DNA of 16,794 bases, from the NCBI GenBank assembly GCA_903875455.1, contig CAIQWF010000086.1, forward strand, positions 1-16,794, in the 5' to 3' direction. Below the pieces are notes generated by a model. It was not told where the DNA came from. It worked only from the letters and a program-made list of their open reading frames with translations, and ran no database searches. The DNA is from an uncultured Pseudomonadota bacterium (GTDB taxonomy: Bacteria > Pseudomonadota > Gammaproteobacteria > Methylococcales > Methylomonadaceae). This document shows, in pieces, positions 15,065 through 16,794 of this stretch (position 1 is the stretch's first letter; every line of letters begins with the position of its first letter). Both the position numbers and the translations under genes were made by a program.

Positions 15065-16794
15065 TTATGTCAAATCATCCTGATTCACAACCACAGGAGA
15101 TTCTGCCAAAACTTTTTCCAGAATGGTGCCTTTCACCAGTTGCGAAAATACATCCGCAACACTGTTGCCGCCTAAAATAGCCAGCGGAGCCATACTCTCT
15201 GCCAGTTTTTGTGCTAACGCTTTATCCGCAAATGCCTGCATCGCCGCGATAAATTGTGGTGATACTGCCTGCGCCTGCTGCACAGTGGCGGCAACATTGG
15301 CTTGCAGCTCTTCAATCTGTTGTTGCAGCTGTGCTTTGCTAATGGCTAGATTCAAATCGGTTTGCGCTTTATGGCGGGTTAATTCCGCCTGATTAATGCT
15401 GTCTAATTGTTGCTGCTTGGCAAGGTCTGCTTCCAGCCGCTGCTTTTCCACGCCAATCTCATTATTGAGTTTGGCTAAATTCACCGCAAGCTGCTTGTTA
15501 AAAGTGGCAATATCCAAATCCAGTTGCAATTGTTGGGTTTCGGCGCTGGTTTGCAGAATTTTTTGTTTTATCGCCTCCTGTTGCTGTTTCAATTCCAAAT
15601 TACGTTTTTCGCTGGCAATTTCCAGGGTTTGCTGTACCACACTGTGCTGGGCGCGAATCAATAATTGCGAAATAGCCGCGTCCTGAATCGCCACATCCAA
15701 CACTTCCACATCATAAACGTGCATTCCATTTTCCGAAAACAGCAAGCCTGCTCTCACACCCGCTTCATTAGCAGTGCCGAGCAAGGTATCACGCACTAAC
15801 CCAATCGCATTGGCATAAAAAGTTTCGATGCCGTATTTTTTAATCGCATAGCGCAAAATTGAGCGAATATGTTCGGTCAAAAATTTCACATAGTTTTCAA
15901 TATCAAACCATTTATTCGGCTCGCCGGTAAAATTAACCTGATACGACACTAATAATTGTACCGGGCAAAAATCGGCAGTTTCCACCTCAATCCGATCTGA
16001 AACCTTGTTATGCAAGGAGCGCAAATAGACGGTTTTTATCGGTTGCTCATCAGTTTTTGGGGTGCCGGTGGACAAGTAAATGGTTTGCAGGGTTTCGTCA
16101 TATTCCAGCAAATAAGTTTGCGGCCCGACGATGACTTTACGGTCGCCATTTTTGCTGACCACCATCACTGCATAGCCGGTCCAGACATCAATCGACACCG
16201 CACCTTCATATTTGGTATCTAAGGTAATGGTGCGCGGTTTGGTGAAATCCTGTCTGCGGTTGAATTCTTCACTGGCAATAATTGCAGGAGCTGGAGCGGC
16301 ATCAGACAAGGCGCCACGTTGTAAATAAGAACGTGCTTGTTGCTCATCAACAAAATCACTGCCCAATGTTTTTTTCTGATTTAACGCCATTAACTGGGTG
16401 TTATATTCCAACGCTTCTTTATTGCCGGGAAACCAGATTGCCACCAGTTTCGGGTCTATTACCCGCCTTGCAATCACTTGTTTGCGCGGGTCAGGTAAAA
16501 ACATGCAGGGGCCACGCTGCAAAGTAATTTGCCCACTCAAGCGGTTCAACACATAACGCGCTTCACCTGCCGGAATTGCCACCGCATAATTGATTTCCTG
16601 ATCACTGTAACGGACGATGGCATGTTCAGGACGCGGAAAATAAATCATCTGCTCTTTGCCGGTGATAAACAGTTCATCGCCGACCTGATAGGCTTTGCCA
16701 TTTTCTTGGTATGGGGCAATGACCTTGATGTAAATGCCGCTGATTTCATTCAGCTCAATCGCCCGAAATTTAACGGCACCGTCTTTTTTGATAA
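15065..16794 (-). CDS. Major vault protein (MVP) homologue; C-terminal ~576 aa visible and the N-terminus is beyond the window edge
   Basis: I extended the reading frame by hand and it stays open from the track's Met at 16648 up to position 16794, so the gene is 5'-truncated by the window. The translated sequence aligns with human MVP as I recall it. MVP-repeat-like unit: [46 protein letters not shown] versus MVP [26 protein letters not shown]. Shoulder region: [28 protein letters not shown]...[25 protein letters not shown] versus MVP [28 protein letters not shown]...[61 protein letters not shown] versus MVP [32 protein letters not shown]. A ~150-aa Q/E/A-rich helix follows, as in the MVP cap-helix. 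The tail is [21 protein letters not shown]. Confidence 0.8.
   Translation of the reverse strand, partial: [575 protein letters not shown]

Overview
This 16.8 kb window is AT-rich chromosomal DNA from a gammaproteobacterium. Gene order, codon usage and gene content resemble a Legionellales-type intracellular bacterium, but that is inference only. Housekeeping genes are mixed with genes more typical of eukaryotes or of Legionella-style accessory genomes.

Minus-strand core genes:
- bioC (5' end only) and bioH, overlapping.
- mutM/fpg.
- ppiD.
- tRNA-Asp(GTC) and tRNA-Val(TAC).
- hupB.

Accessory-looking genes:
- A probable plus-strand operon: a Cys-rich secreted protein, then a CHASE2-type membrane sensor fused to a class III nucleotidyl cyclase, then a TPR-repeat protein with a C-terminal GT9-like glycosyltransferase domain.
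- A small autotransporter-like outer-membrane beta-barrel gene.
- A close homologue of eukaryotic macrophage migration inhibitory factor (MIF).
- A membrane-anchored, Q/E-rich coiled-coil protein (568 aa) with tandem 48-aa C-terminal repeats.
- An ADP-ribosylglycohydrolase with a hydrophobic C-terminal tail.
- A 5'-truncated gene that, by direct alignment from memory, is a bacterial homologue of the eukaryotic major vault protein (MVP), on the minus strand.

Several rho-independent terminators and palindromic hairpins are visible in the intergenic gaps. There is no CRISPR array, no transposase or integrase, and no rRNA.
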